Below, one piece after another: positions 27,055 through 36,539 of a stretch of 64,000 nt of DNA. Every line of letters starts with the position of its first letter. The first letter of the stretch is position 1. The position numbers and the translations under genes were made by a program. The stretch lies in sequence record OP172790; one strand, given 5' to 3'. Source of the stretch: Escherichia phage ECO319P1. Below the pieces are notes generated by a model that searched no databases, was not told where the DNA came from, and saw only the letters and a program-made list of their open reading frames with translations.

Positions 27055-28854
27055 ATGTCAAAAGTATACGGAGCTAAACGGATTATCGGTGACTCACCTT
27101 GCCCAACTTGTACAGCGGCAGGTCGTGACAGAACCGGTAATCACTTGCAACACTGGATTAACGATGATACAGGCGAAGAGTGGGTTTATTGCGGACGTGA
27201 TGGTTACTATGAAAAGGTAACTGATGCAAACCGTGCTGACCTTGAATCTGTTCGTCATGTTCATCGTGAATTAACTGATGAAGAACGTGCAGCGGTTCTC
27301 GCTGAGGTTGACGAGTTGCCAATTCAGGAACTCACATCTCGTGGTATCCGAAAGGAAATCGCTGAACGTTATGGTGTTCGTGTTGGCCTGTCCAGCACTA
27401 ACCGTGAACAAATCTCTCACTTCTATCCGAAAGAGAAAGATGGTGAGGTGGTCGCTTATAAAGTTCGTAGTCTTGAGCCGAAGTATTTCTATGCGGTTGG
27501 TTCAGGTAGCGGATGTGATTTCTTTGGCATGTCTCAGGCTCGTCTGGGTGATGTGTACAGTGGCAAACTGTTCGTATTCGAAGATGAACTGAGTGCAATG
27601 TCAGGTTTCCAAGCTCTCATTGACGCATCCAAGTCAACTTACAAACCAGCATGTGTGGCTTTGCCAGATGGTGCAGGTTCGGCAGCAAGTGCATTTGCAC
27701 GTTGTCGTCAGTTTGTTGAGTCATTCCAAGATATCGTGGTCTGTATGGATAACGATGAAGCGGGTGATGATGCAGTTAACAAGCTGAGAGCGATGTATCC
27801 AAACATCAAGATTGCTCGTATTCCGAAGGGTATCTACGGTGACGGTAAGCATATCAAAGACGCCAATGACATGATTATGGCTAAGCGTTCTTTGGAGTTA
27901 AACAACTGCTTACGCTTCAATGCTGCAAAAGAATCTCCAGCAGGTTCAACAACTGTAGCGGAATGTATTGAAGATGCGCTGAAGAAACCTGAATGGGGTC
28001 TGAGTTATCCGTGGAAAGGTCTTACTGACTTAACCTTTGGTTTACGTTATGGTGAGGTGATTGCAATTGGTGGTGGTGTAGGTGGTGGTAAAACATTACT
28101 GGCACACGAACTGAGTGCTCACTTAATCAACGTTCACAAAGAGAAAGTTGGTGCATTCATGTTGGAAGAAACTGTAGGTAATACCATCAAGAACATTGCT
28201 GGTAAATCTGCAAATATTCCATTCCATCGTCCAGATGCTGAGTTCGACCCAGAACTGCTGAAAAGCGAAGCACTGAAATACGATGGTCACTTGTTCCTGT
28301 ATCGTAACTTCGGTCAAAACGATTGGGAAGATATCAAACGTTGTATGCGTTTCTGGGTTGTTGAACATGGTGTCAAGTTCATCTTCCTCGATAACATCAC
28401 AGCATTGGTATCACACTTGACAGCAACTGAGATTAACACTGAAGTTGCGAAGATTGCTGTTGAGTTGGCAGGTATGTGTAACGAGTTGGACTTCACTTGT
28501 TTTGTATTTAGCCACTTGAACCCACCGAAAGGTGGTGCTCCTCACGAGGAAGGTGGTCAAGTACAAGAGGTGCAGTTCACGGGTTCCCGTGCTCTGATGC
28601 GTTTCTCTCAGTTAATTCTGGGCTTTGAACGCAACAAGCAGGCAGATGGTGATGCTCGTAACCTTTCTCAGATTCGTCTGTTGAAAGACCGTAACTTCGG
28701 GCAGACAGGTCTTGTACCAACATCTTATAATCCAGTGACAGGCCGCTTAACACAGCGTCGTGATGAAGATTATGACCCGAAAAATCCGTTCCGCTTACCG
28801 GGTGAGCATGAGGACGACATGCAGGAAGATAATGGAAAGGATAAACCATTTTGA
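27055..28854 (+). CDS. bifunctional primase-helicase (T7 gp4-like)
   Basis: N-terminal Zn-binding Cys cluster, Toprim acidic motifs (FEDE, MDNDEAGDD), Walker A GGGVGGGKT. Confidence 0.85.
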   Translation: MSKVYGAKRIIGDSPCPTCTAAGRDRTGNHLQHWINDDTGEEWVYCGRDGYYEKVTDANRADLESVRHVHRELTDEERAAVLAEVDELPIQELTSRGIRKEIAERYGVRVGLSSTNREQISHFYPKEKDGEVVAYKVRSLEPKYFYAVGSGSGCDFFGMSQARLGDVYSGKLFVFEDELSAMSGFQALIDASKSTYKPACVALPDGAGSAASAFARCRQFVESFQDIVVCMDNDEAGDDAVNKLRAMYPNIKIARIPKGIYGDGKHIKDANDMIMAKRSLELNNCLRFNAAKESPAGSTTVAECIEDALKKPEWGLSYPWKGLTDLTFGLRYGEVIAIGGGVGGGKTLLAHELSAHLINVHKEKVGAFMLEETVGNTIKNIAGKSANIPFHRPDAEFDPELLKSEALKYDGHLFLYRNFGQNDWEDIKRCMRFWVVEHGVKFIFLDNITALVSHLTATEINTEVAKIAVELAGMCNELDFTCFVFSHLNPPKGGAPHEEGGQVQEVQFTGSRALMRFSQLILGFERNKQADGDARNLSQIRLLKDRNFGQTGLVPTSYNPVTGRLTQRRDEDYDPKNPFRLPGEHEDDMQEDNGKDKPF

Positions 28855-29345
28855 TTAAACTTGCAGCCACGGATATTGAAACGAATGGATTGTACTTTGA
28901 TGTAAATCTATTTCACTGTGCATGGATTGTGGAGCCATTAACCGGAAAACGGTTTGGCTTCCGTCCAGACCAACTTAAAGAATACGTTGAGAAGTTAATG
29001 ACTTATGACATTCTCATTGGTCACAACGTAATCGACTATGACTTCCCAACTATTAAGAAACTTTGTCCGGGATTTGAATGTCCGGCTGTTTTTGATACGT
29101 TGGTTCTTAGTCGTATGTTGGAACCAGACAGACCACAAGGTCACTCGTTGAAATCTTGGGGTGTAGCTCTTGGTTTGCTGAAAGGTGATTATGGTGAACA
29201 GGAAGATGCGTGGGACGTATTCACAGAGGACATGTATGTTTACTGTGAACGAGACGTTGACGTAACGGTTCTGCTCTATAAACACCTGTGTGAAAAGGCC
29301 GGTTTTGACTGGCAAAATCCACCATCAAATACTTTCAAATTCTGA
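28851..29345 (+). CDS. 3'-5' exonuclease domain of T7-type DNA polymerase, encoded as a separate gene
   Basis: Exo I DIETNGL, Exo II HNVIDYDF, Exo III YCERDVD; close to my recollection of T7 gp5 N-terminus; TTG start overlapping upstream stop. Confidence 0.75.
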   Translation: MIKLAATDIETNGLYFDVNLFHCAWIVEPLTGKRFGFRPDQLKEYVEKLMTYDILIGHNVIDYDFPTIKKLCPGFECPAVFDTLVLSRMLEPDRPQGHSLKSWGVALGLLKGDYGEQEDAWDVFTEDMYVYCERDVDVTVLLYKHLCEKAGFDWQNPPSNTFKF

Positions 29346-29361
29346 GTAAGGATACTCTGCG

Positions 29362-29383
29362 TTGGGTACTATAATATGTACCC
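29362..29383 (+). promoter_or_regulatory. variant promoter-like element inside a short palindrome
   Basis: TTGGGTACTATAATAT resembles the TTGCACATTATAATA core; GGGTAC/GTACCC inverted repeat around TATAAT. Confidence 0.3.
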
Positions 29384-29488
29384 TCGCTATTTTATTATGG
29401 ATAGCCTAATGGAAATCGCTGGAATCATGTTCCAGTATGATAGCGACCTTGATATTATTTTCGTAACTGATGAAATGGAGATTCTATA

Positions 29489-30043
29489 ATGTTACTTTCT
29501 GCACCCCAACTGCATAACTTAATCGACGATGGTGTTATTGATGCGTTACATGAAAACGTTAACTCAGCAAGTATCGACGTTCGTATTGGCTCTGAAATTC
29601 TGGTGGAAGCTAAGGTCAGCGAACTCACCGCTCCCGTGGACATCGCAGCTAAGGAATCTCCTCAGTTCGACAAAGTGACAATCCCCGAAGAAGGCGTTGT
29701 TATTAAGCCGGGTCAGTGCTTCTTGGCTCACACCGTTGAGACATTTAACCTGCCCGACACTATCAGTGGTCAATTCATTGAACGTTCCACTGTTGCTCGT
29801 TGTTTCCTTGAACACATGCAGGCTGGTTGGGCTGATGCTGGTTGGCATGGCGCTCAGCTCACTCTTGAGTTCAAGAACATGAACGAACACCACTCCCTGT
29901 TAATCAAGCCGGGTATGCGTATCGGTCAGATGGTATTCTTCCAGCACGAAACTGTTGGTGAGGATTCCTATGCTGTAAAAGGCAACTACAACAACCAACG
30001 TGGTGCAACTCAAGCTTACTCAGGAGAAGGTCATAATGTATAA
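29489..30043 (+). CDS. dcd: dCTP deaminase
   Basis: dUTPase-fold Dcd-like N-terminus; 184 aa. Confidence 0.7.
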   Translation: MLLSAPQLHNLIDDGVIDALHENVNSASIDVRIGSEILVEAKVSELTAPVDIAAKESPQFDKVTIPEEGVVIKPGQCFLAHTVETFNLPDTISGQFIERSTVARCFLEHMQAGWADAGWHGAQLTLEFKNMNEHHSLLIKPGMRIGQMVFFQHETVGEDSYAVKGNYNNQRGATQAYSGEGHNV

Positions 30044-30320
30044 GATTATTAAGTTCTACAGCGACACTTGTGCGCCTTGTAAAGCAATGGCTCCAATCTT
30101 TGACGACATTGCAGAAGAACTGTCCACAGATACTGTGGTATTCGGTTCAACCAACATCGGTGAAAGTGACAACCGCGCTGTTGCTCAGTCATTCGGTGTT
30201 CGTGGTCTTCCGACTGTTGTGATTCTGAAAGATGATGAAGCAGTTGGCATCAAAACTGGTGCTCAGACTAAAGATTCACTGAAGAAATTCATTACCGACA
30301 CAATTGGGGAGGCCAGCTAA
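30036..30320 (+). CDS. thioredoxin
   Basis: CAPC active site; start at ATG 30036 after GGAGAAGG RBS. Confidence 0.7.
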   Translation: MYKIIKFYSDTCAPCKAMAPIFDDIAEELSTDTVVFGSTNIGESDNRAVAQSFGVRGLPTVVILKDDEAVGIKTGAQTKDSLKKFITDTIGEAS

Positions 30321-30589
30321 TGGCCTTACTTAATCACATCCACCGCGACATGCTTAATCGTGTTATCAAACATGAAGATATTGTCGTCTGGTCAAATGGT
30401 AAGTACAACCAAAAGATGCGCTTAGCGCGTGTGGTTGATACTACACCTCAGAAGGTTCGCATCCAGTTGATTGACTCCCAGACAACCACACTGGCTCGCC
30501 CTCGGAATTTAATCGTTATCAGTGCTCAGATTGCTGCTAATCTGGAAGGTAACGTTGGTGCTAACATGGATATGGAGGCCACCCGATGA
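30320..30589 (+). CDS. hypothetical protein
   Basis: 89 aa ORF. Confidence 0.4.
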   Translation: MALLNHIHRDMLNRVIKHEDIVVWSNGKYNQKMRLARVVDTTPQKVRIQLIDSQTTTLARPRNLIVISAQIAANLEGNVGANMDMEATR

Positions 30590-31038
30590 TTCCTACGAAA
30601 CCTAAATCTTCAAGCAAGTCAAGTACAGACACTCTGCAAAGTTTGACTGGCAACCTGACTCTGCTTTACATCAAAGCAAAGAACTATCACTGGAATACAA
30701 CCGGCCCGAACTTCTACGGAGACCATCACACCTTTGATGGGATTCAGGATGGAGCATTGGACTGGATTGATACAGTTGGTGAACGTATTCGTGCACTGCA
30801 ACAGGGCATCTGTGCTTGTGCTGCTGCGTATCTTGAAGATGCGTGGTTCCCAGAAGGTGACTTTGAGTTAGACGCCGAGGGAATGAAAGCGGATATGGTT
30901 AAAACTCTTGACTGTATCAGTGCTCATATCATGGACATGATTAAGAGCGGCGAATTCGATGAAGTAACCTCTAACATCCTTCAGGATTTATGTGCATTCA
31001 TTGATAAGCAGAATTACTTTGTACGTAGTTCTCTGTAA
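30586..31038 (+). CDS. Dps-like ferritin-fold protein
   Basis: LYIKAKNYHWNTTGPNFYGDHHTFDGIQDG...VGERIRAL pattern of Dps. Confidence 0.55.
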   Translation: MIPTKPKSSSKSSTDTLQSLTGNLTLLYIKAKNYHWNTTGPNFYGDHHTFDGIQDGALDWIDTVGERIRALQQGICACAAAYLEDAWFPEGDFELDAEGMKADMVKTLDCISAHIMDMIKSGEFDEVTSNILQDLCAFIDKQNYFVRSSL

Positions 31039-31044
31039 GTAATA

Positions 31045-31070
31045 GGCTGGCGGATGCTGGCCTTTTCTGT
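31045..31070 (+). terminator. intrinsic terminator
   Basis: 7-bp stem (two G-U pairs), GGAT loop, TTTT tail. Confidence 0.5.
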
Positions 31071-31088
31071 CTATACAAGGAGTGTATA

Positions 31089-33212
31089 ATGGTTCGTGTA
31101 ACTAAACGTGATGGTAAGAACGTCGAGTTTGATATTAACCGTGTGATTAATGCCATTATGGCTGCTCAAAGCAATTTGGGTAAATCAAACTTTGATGAAG
31201 CACTGTCGATTGCAATGGCTGTGCAAGACCGATACATCAACGAAGAAAGTGTAACGATTGCTGATATTCAGAGTATGGTTGAAGACCTGCTGATGGTGAA
31301 AGACCCAGAGGTGGCTCGTAAGTATATCGAATATCGTGCAAAGCGTGACCGTGCTCGTGAGGAACAGTCCCCATTGGCGGTTGCCATTCGTGGATTAGTG
31401 GAGCAGACGGATGAATCAATCCTCAAAGAAAACGCTAACAAGGACGCAAAAGTCTTCCCTGTACAGCGAGATTTACTGGCAGGCGTGGTGTCTAAGCACT
31501 TCGCTCGCAATTACCTTCTTCCTCGTGATATTGTTGATGCTCACGAGAGAGGCGAAATTCATTACCACGATTTGGACTACTCTCCATTCCTACCTATGAC
31601 CAACTGTTGTTTGGTTGACCTCAAGGGTATGTTGAAGAATGGTTTCAAGTTAGGTAACGCTCAGATTGAGTCACCGAAATCTATTGGTGTGGCATGTGCA
31701 GTAATGGCTCAGATTACCGCTCAAGTTGCTTCTCACCAGTACGGTGGGACGACGTTCGCTAATATTGACCAAGTACTCGCACCGTATGCAGAGACAACCT
31801 TTAATAAGCACATGCAACGTGGTTATGATTGGGGGGTTTCAGATACGGAAGCCTATGCCAAAGAACTCACTGTTAAAGAAATTTATGATGGGATTCAAGC
31901 ATATGAATACGAAATTAATACCCTCTTCACCACAAATGGACAGCAACCATTCGTTACTGTTACATTCGGTATGGGAACTAGCTGGTTCGAACGAGAAATC
32001 CAGAAAGCAATCCTCAAGGTTCGTATTAAGGGTCTCGGCGCGGAAGGTCTCACTGCGGTTTTCCCGAAACTCGTAATGTTCATGGACGAGGGTATCAACC
32101 TTAAACCGGAAGACCCGAATTATGATATTAAGCAGCTTGCACTTGAATGCTCCTCCAAGCGTCTGTATCCAGATATTATCAGCGCGAAAGCTAACAGAGC
32201 TATCACTGGCTCAAACGTACCTGTTAGTCCTATGGGGTGTCGTTCTTTCCTCAGTGTGTGGAAGGACGGAGATGGAAATGAGGTGCTCGACGGACGCAAC
32301 AACCTCGGCGTTGTTAGTCTCAACCTTCCTCGTATTGCCATCGAATCAGGGAAGGATTTCAACAAATTCCTCACTATCCTTGACGAACGCCTTACACTTG
32401 CTAAAAGAGCACTTGATACCCGCATTGAACGCTTACGTGGTGTTAAAGCTGCTGTTGCCCCAATTCTCTACACCGAGGGAGCGTTTGGAGTTCGTCTCCA
32501 ACCCGATGATGATATCATCAATATCTTCAAGCACGGTCGAAGCTCTATTAGCTTGGGATACATCGGACTCCATGAAGTCGGACTTCTGATGTGGGATAAG
32601 TCCCCTTCGGATGATGAAGAAGTTGCACGTTCTTGTCGAGCAATTATTCGTCATTTAGCTAATGCTACTGAGAGGTGGAAGGAAGAGTCTGAAGAGGGCT
32701 GGGGTTATAGCTTATACGCTACACCTTCAGAGTCTCTGTGTGACCGATTCTGTCGTTTGGATAAAGAACAATTTGGGGAGATTGCTGGTGTCACTGACAA
32801 AGATTATTACACTAATAGTTTCCATCAGGATGTTTATAAGCATTCTAACCCTTTCGACAAGATTGACCATGAAGCGCCTTATCACTTTATTTCAAGTGCG
32901 GGTCATATTAGCTATGCTGAGTTTCCGAATGTTCGTAACAACCTCCAAGGTTTGGAAACAGTTTGGGACTACGCAATGAGCCATCTGGACTACTTCGGGA
33001 CAAACACTCCGAGCGATAAATGCTTGAAGTGCCACTTCGAAGGTGAGTTCAAGATTAACAGTGAAGGTTTCCACTGTCCGAATTGCGGCAATCATGACAG
33101 CAAATCAATGTCAGTGATTCGTCGTGTATGTGGGTATTTGGGTTCTCCAAATGCTCGTGGATTTAACCACGGAAAGAACGAGGAGGTCATTCGTCGTGTC
33201 AAACATGTCTGA
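31089..33212 (+). CDS. nrdD: anaerobic ribonucleoside-triphosphate reductase
   Basis: ATP-cone N-terminus, C-terminal glycyl-radical motif RRVCGYLGS and Zn ribbon CLKC...CPNC. Confidence 0.9.
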   Translation: MVRVTKRDGKNVEFDINRVINAIMAAQSNLGKSNFDEALSIAMAVQDRYINEESVTIADIQSMVEDLLMVKDPEVARKYIEYRAKRDRAREEQSPLAVAIRGLVEQTDESILKENANKDAKVFPVQRDLLAGVVSKHFARNYLLPRDIVDAHERGEIHYHDLDYSPFLPMTNCCLVDLKGMLKNGFKLGNAQIESPKSIGVACAVMAQITAQVASHQYGGTTFANIDQVLAPYAETTFNKHMQRGYDWGVSDTEAYAKELTVKEIYDGIQAYEYEINTLFTTNGQQPFVTVTFGMGTSWFEREIQKAILKVRIKGLGAEGLTAVFPKLVMFMDEGINLKPEDPNYDIKQLALECSSKRLYPDIISAKANRAITGSNVPVSPMGCRSFLSVWKDGDGNEVLDGRNNLGVVSLNLPRIAIESGKDFNKFLTILDERLTLAKRALDTRIERLRGVKAAVAPILYTEGAFGVRLQPDDDIINIFKHGRSSISLGYIGLHEVGLLMWDKSPSDDEEVARSCRAIIRHLANATERWKEESEEGWGYSLYATPSESLCDRFCRLDKEQFGEIAGVTDKDYYTNSFHQDVYKHSNPFDKIDHEAPYHFISSAGHISYAEFPNVRNNLQGLETVWDYAMSHLDYFGTNTPSDKCLKCHFEGEFKINSEGFHCPNCGNHDSKSMSVIRRVCGYLGSPNARGFNHGKNEEVIRRVKHV

Positions 33213-33237
33213 TGAACATCCGGATTTTTAGTATCGA

Positions 33238-33266
33238 GGGGCTCCTGCGGGAGCCTTTTCTTTTTG
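33238..33266 (+). terminator. intrinsic terminator after nrdD
   Basis: GGCTCC-TGCG-GGAGCC hairpin followed by TTTTCTTTTT. Confidence 0.7.
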
Positions 33267-33276
33267 GAGGTTTAAA

Positions 33277-33429
33277 TGATTGTTCGTAACCGATTGACTG
33301 GTCAATTCGAAAATGCCACTTTCAAAGATGGCTGTTGGGGTTTCCATGAAACTGACGTACAAGAAGGGCTGCCTGATTGCAGCACTGAAGAACAAAGAAG
33401 TGGAAGCGATAGCTCACCAAGCTAATTGC
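33277..33429 (+). CDS. small upstream ORF (50 aa) overlapping the macro gene start
   Basis: strong GGAGG RBS 5 nt upstream of ATG 33277; different frame from macro gene. Confidence 0.3.
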
Positions 33430-33816
33430 TTTTGCACCATGAAGTCTGGCATAGCACCACAGATTGCTAATGCTTGGCCTCAAGTCCGTGAAGTCGATAA
33501 GTTGACTAACTACGGTGACAAGGATAAGATGGGTTCATACTCACTTGCCACTGTTCCCGAAGGTTTTGTGTTCAACATCTATGGTCAATACCATTGGAAT
33601 CGGAGAAACGCTGGTTATGGCACTTCTTATGAGCATCTTGGGATGGGGCTGTCTAGCGTCGCTGACTTTATGGTTAATCATAAGGTTCAAACTTTGGGTC
33701 TGCCTCGAATTGGTTGTGGACTTGCTGGAGGCGATTGGGGGATTGTAGAACACCTAATCAAACACCACTTTGCACACACCGACATTGAAGTAATTGTCTA
33801 CGAACTGGAGAAGTAA
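33346..33816 (+). CDS. macro domain protein
   Basis: KLTYKKGCLIAALKNKEVEAIAHQAN aligns with the macro N-terminal G...AN motif; start placed at ATG 33346. Confidence 0.65.
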   Translation: MKLTYKKGCLIAALKNKEVEAIAHQANCFCTMKSGIAPQIANAWPQVREVDKLTNYGDKDKMGSYSLATVPEGFVFNIYGQYHWNRRNAGYGTSYEHLGMGLSSVADFMVNHKVQTLGLPRIGCGLAGGDWGIVEHLIKHHFAHTDIEVIVYELEK

Positions 33817-34943
33817 TGTTAAAGTTAAAAGTACTGGAAGAACTCGGTAAGCCATACAAAATCTTCACAGACCATGTGGAGAGCAGTGCTATTGAGCAGT
33901 TTGTTGCAGTGATGCAGCAGCCTGATGTGAAACAAGGTGCATTAATGCCTGATGTTCATGCAGGTTATGTTCTGCCAATTGGTGGTGTAGTTGCTACTGA
34001 GTGGACAATCTACCCATCGTTTGTCGGTTACGACATTGGTTGTGGTGTCTGCACCATGCCAACGGATATCAGTGCTCTCGACTTACTGGAAAACCCAGCT
34101 AAGTATAAAGCAGCAGTTGAAAAGGTTGTACCTGTGGGCTTCACTGTCCATCAGCAACCATTCGACTTAGCTGAACTGGAACGCCACATTGGTCGTGCTC
34201 CAGAAAGTATTCGTGACATTGCTGAGAGCCATCTGACTCAGGTTGGTACTCTTGGTGGTGGTAATCACTTTGTTGAAATCGGTATCGCTGAGAAAGATGG
34301 TCGTGTTCACATCAGCATTCACTCAGGCTCTCGTGGCATGGGTGCTCGTGTTGCTGAGAAATACATGCAGCTTTCAGGTGGTGAAGGTATCAACCCAATT
34401 GACACTCGTGAACCACTTGGTCGTGAGTATCTGGCTGCTATGAATTACTGCTTACGTTGGGCATTGTTCAACCGTAAGATGATGGTTAAGAATATTATGG
34501 AAGAGTTAGGTCTGGAGTTTAACACCTATCGTACACCTGATATCTTCATCAACCGTAATCATAACCACGCAGAATTCAAGGATGGTTTGTGGATTCATCG
34601 TAAGGGAGCTACACATGCTGAAGATGGAATGTTCGGCGTTATCCCAGCTAACATGCGTGATGGAGTTTACATTGTACGTGGGCGCGGTAACCCTGACTCT
34701 CTTTGCTCTTCTTCTCACGGCGCTGGTCGTGTCATGTCTCGGTCAAAAGCCAAAAAGACTTTCTCTCTGGAAGACTTCCAGTATCAGATGGGTAATGTCG
34801 ATGCTGATGGGTTTACTATTGATGAAAAGCGTATTGACGAAGCACCGGGTGCATATAAAGACATTCACGAAGTGATGAAAAATCAGACTGACTTGATTGA
34901 CATCATTGACCATGTTAAACCAGTTGTAAACGTTAAGGGTTAA
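33816..34943 (+). CDS. rtcB: RtcB-type RNA ligase
   Basis: GGNHF, HNHAEF and SSSHGAGR motifs. Confidence 0.8.
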   Translation: MLKLKVLEELGKPYKIFTDHVESSAIEQFVAVMQQPDVKQGALMPDVHAGYVLPIGGVVATEWTIYPSFVGYDIGCGVCTMPTDISALDLLENPAKYKAAVEKVVPVGFTVHQQPFDLAELERHIGRAPESIRDIAESHLTQVGTLGGGNHFVEIGIAEKDGRVHISIHSGSRGMGARVAEKYMQLSGGEGINPIDTREPLGREYLAAMNYCLRWALFNRKMMVKNIMEELGLEFNTYRTPDIFINRNHNHAEFKDGLWIHRKGATHAEDGMFGVIPANMRDGVYIVRGRGNPDSLCSSSHGAGRVMSRSKAKKTFSLEDFQYQMGNVDADGFTIDEKRIDEAPGAYKDIHEVMKNQTDLIDIIDHVKPVVNVKG

Positions 34944-34945
34944 TT

Positions 34946-35194
34946 ATGAGCTTCACAACAATGCCAACTTGTCCACGCTGTAGCTTCAAGATGCACATCA
35001 GTGCTCGCGGTCAGTATAGTTGTTCCAATTGTGGACACCGTAAGGATATTCCGGGAAGTTCTTCTAACAGTGGAACTCCGGCATATGACCCTTGGGTTAT
35101 GAGTCAGTACGACTCTACTCCGAGCTATGACCCAACACCATCTTACTCAAGTGACTGCTCAAGCTCTGACTTTGGCAGTTGCTCTTTCGACTAA
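34946..35194 (+). CDS. small zinc-ribbon protein with Ser/Pro-rich tail
   Basis: CPRC...CSNC. Confidence 0.4.
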   Translation: MSFTTMPTCPRCSFKMHISARGQYSCSNCGHRKDIPGSSSNSGTPAYDPWVMSQYDSTPSYDPTPSYSSDCSSSDFGSCSFD

Positions 35195-35203
35195 GGCGGA
35201 ATA

Positions 35204-35704
35204 ATGAATTACCATCAATATTACCCAACGGATATGCTAAATGGGCCGGGAATCAGGAACGTACTCTTCGTCAGTGGTTGCACACACGGATGCAAAGGTT
35301 GTTACAATGAGTCTACTTGGAATCCAAAATCGGGTATGGCCTTCACAAAAGAGTTGGAAGACCAGATTATCCGAGACCTCCAAGATACGCGAATCAAGCG
35401 TGATGGACTCACCCTCTCCGGAGGTGACCCGCTTCATGAAAGAAATATTCTACCCCTCATTCAGTTAGTACAGCGAGTGAGAAAAGAGTGCCCCGATAAG
35501 ACAATCTGGATGTGGACTGGATATACGCTTCCTGAACTGGAGGCTATGCGTGACCACACTCAGGTTCACAGTGACCGGTATTATCTGGCAACACTTGTTG
35601 ATGTTCTTGTTGATGGTAAGTTTGTTCAAGAGTTGCATGACCCTACGCTGAAGTTTGTTGGGTCGTCCAATCAAAACATTATCGAAATTAAAAATGTATC
35701 GTAA
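35204..35704 (+). CDS. nrdG: anaerobic RNR activating enzyme (radical SAM)
   Basis: C-x3-C-x2-C cluster in GCTHGCKGC near N-terminus; 166 aa. Confidence 0.75.
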   Translation: MNYHQYYPTDMLNGPGIRNVLFVSGCTHGCKGCYNESTWNPKSGMAFTKELEDQIIRDLQDTRIKRDGLTLSGGDPLHERNILPLIQLVQRVRKECPDKTIWMWTGYTLPELEAMRDHTQVHSDRYYLATLVDVLVDGKFVQELHDPTLKFVGSSNQNIIEIKNVS

Positions 35705-35867
35705 CCTGCAACGTCGAAATCCAGAATGTGACTGGTGTTTTTGTCTCTTACAAGTTGTAAGGGGTGAAGATTATAATGACTATTATAAATGTCCGCAATG
35801 TGGTGAGACTACTCCAATGCCTCAACCCAACTTCGACGATTACGACGATTTAGATTACTTAAATTAA
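35694..35867 (+). CDS. small zinc-ribbon protein
   Basis: CDWCFC...CPQC; start uncertain. Confidence 0.3.
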   Translation: MYRNLQRRNPECDWCFCLLQVVRGEDYNDYYKCPQCGETTPMPQPNFDDYDDLDYLN

Positions 35868-35881
35868 GGGAGAAGAGATTC

Positions 35882-36027
35882 ATGGAAGATAAACAATCAA
35901 TTGCGGAATGGTGCTATACTCAGCGTGACTTGGCTTTTGCAGAAGGTCGTGTTGATGATGGCAATAATTATCAACGCCTCGGCGCAATGTGGCAAGAGCG
36001 CGAGGAGAAGAAAGCTAAGGAGGCATA
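35882..36027 (+). CDS. hypothetical small protein (48 aa)
   Basis: GGGAGAAGAG RBS; under 60 aa. Confidence 0.3.
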
Positions 36028-36369
36028 ATGCCTAGCTCTCCGGGATACGTCCGCAATTATAAACAAGAACGCTTGACAGCCATTAAACGCGGTGAAACAA
36101 GCGTAGGTGCCAAGTCTAAGGATGCAATGCGACACAAAGCTCGTCGTCTTGTTGAGAAACGACTTGGTAAGAAGTTGCCAACATCAGTTCAGGTTGACCA
36201 TAAGAAAACACTGAAATCTGGTGGTGGTAATACGAGTTCAAACTTACGAGTCCGTGATGCACATAGCAATATGTCGGCGGGTGGTAAGTCAGGTTCTCGT
36301 GCTGGTAAGGCTGCTGGTGGTCGCAAAGGTGCTAGCAAACGTTTACCGGTAAAGAAACCTAGCAAATAA
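36028..36369 (+). CDS. basic protein with HNH-like segment
   Basis: VDHKKTLKSGGGNTSSNLRVRDAHSN; Lys/Arg-rich. Confidence 0.4.
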   Translation: MPSSPGYVRNYKQERLTAIKRGETSVGAKSKDAMRHKARRLVEKRLGKKLPTSVQVDHKKTLKSGGGNTSSNLRVRDAHSNMSAGGKSGSRAGKAAGGRKGASKRLPVKKPSK

Positions 36370-36372
36370 GGA

Positions 36373-36397
36373 AGCTGCCTTCGGGCGGCTTTTGTTG
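36373..36397 (+). terminator. intrinsic terminator (UUCG tetraloop)
   Basis: AGCTGCC-TTCG-GGCGGCT then TTTTGTTG. Confidence 0.65.
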
Positions 36398-36539
36398 TCT
36401 ATGAGATTCAAGTTCTGTAAATGTTGTAACAAGTGGCTTATGCCATTTGATTTTAAACTCTCTGAGAATTCGGATGATGGACGCTTTCCGATTTGCAAAG
36501 AGTGTGTTGAAGATTTATACTTAACTCAGGTAGAAAACT

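Noticed and set aside
33277-33429. Programmed frameshift joining the upstream small ORF to the macro gene
   Set aside because: No slippery heptamer seen at the overlap and the macro domain N-terminus is complete from ATG 33346; kept only as a possible coupling uORF.
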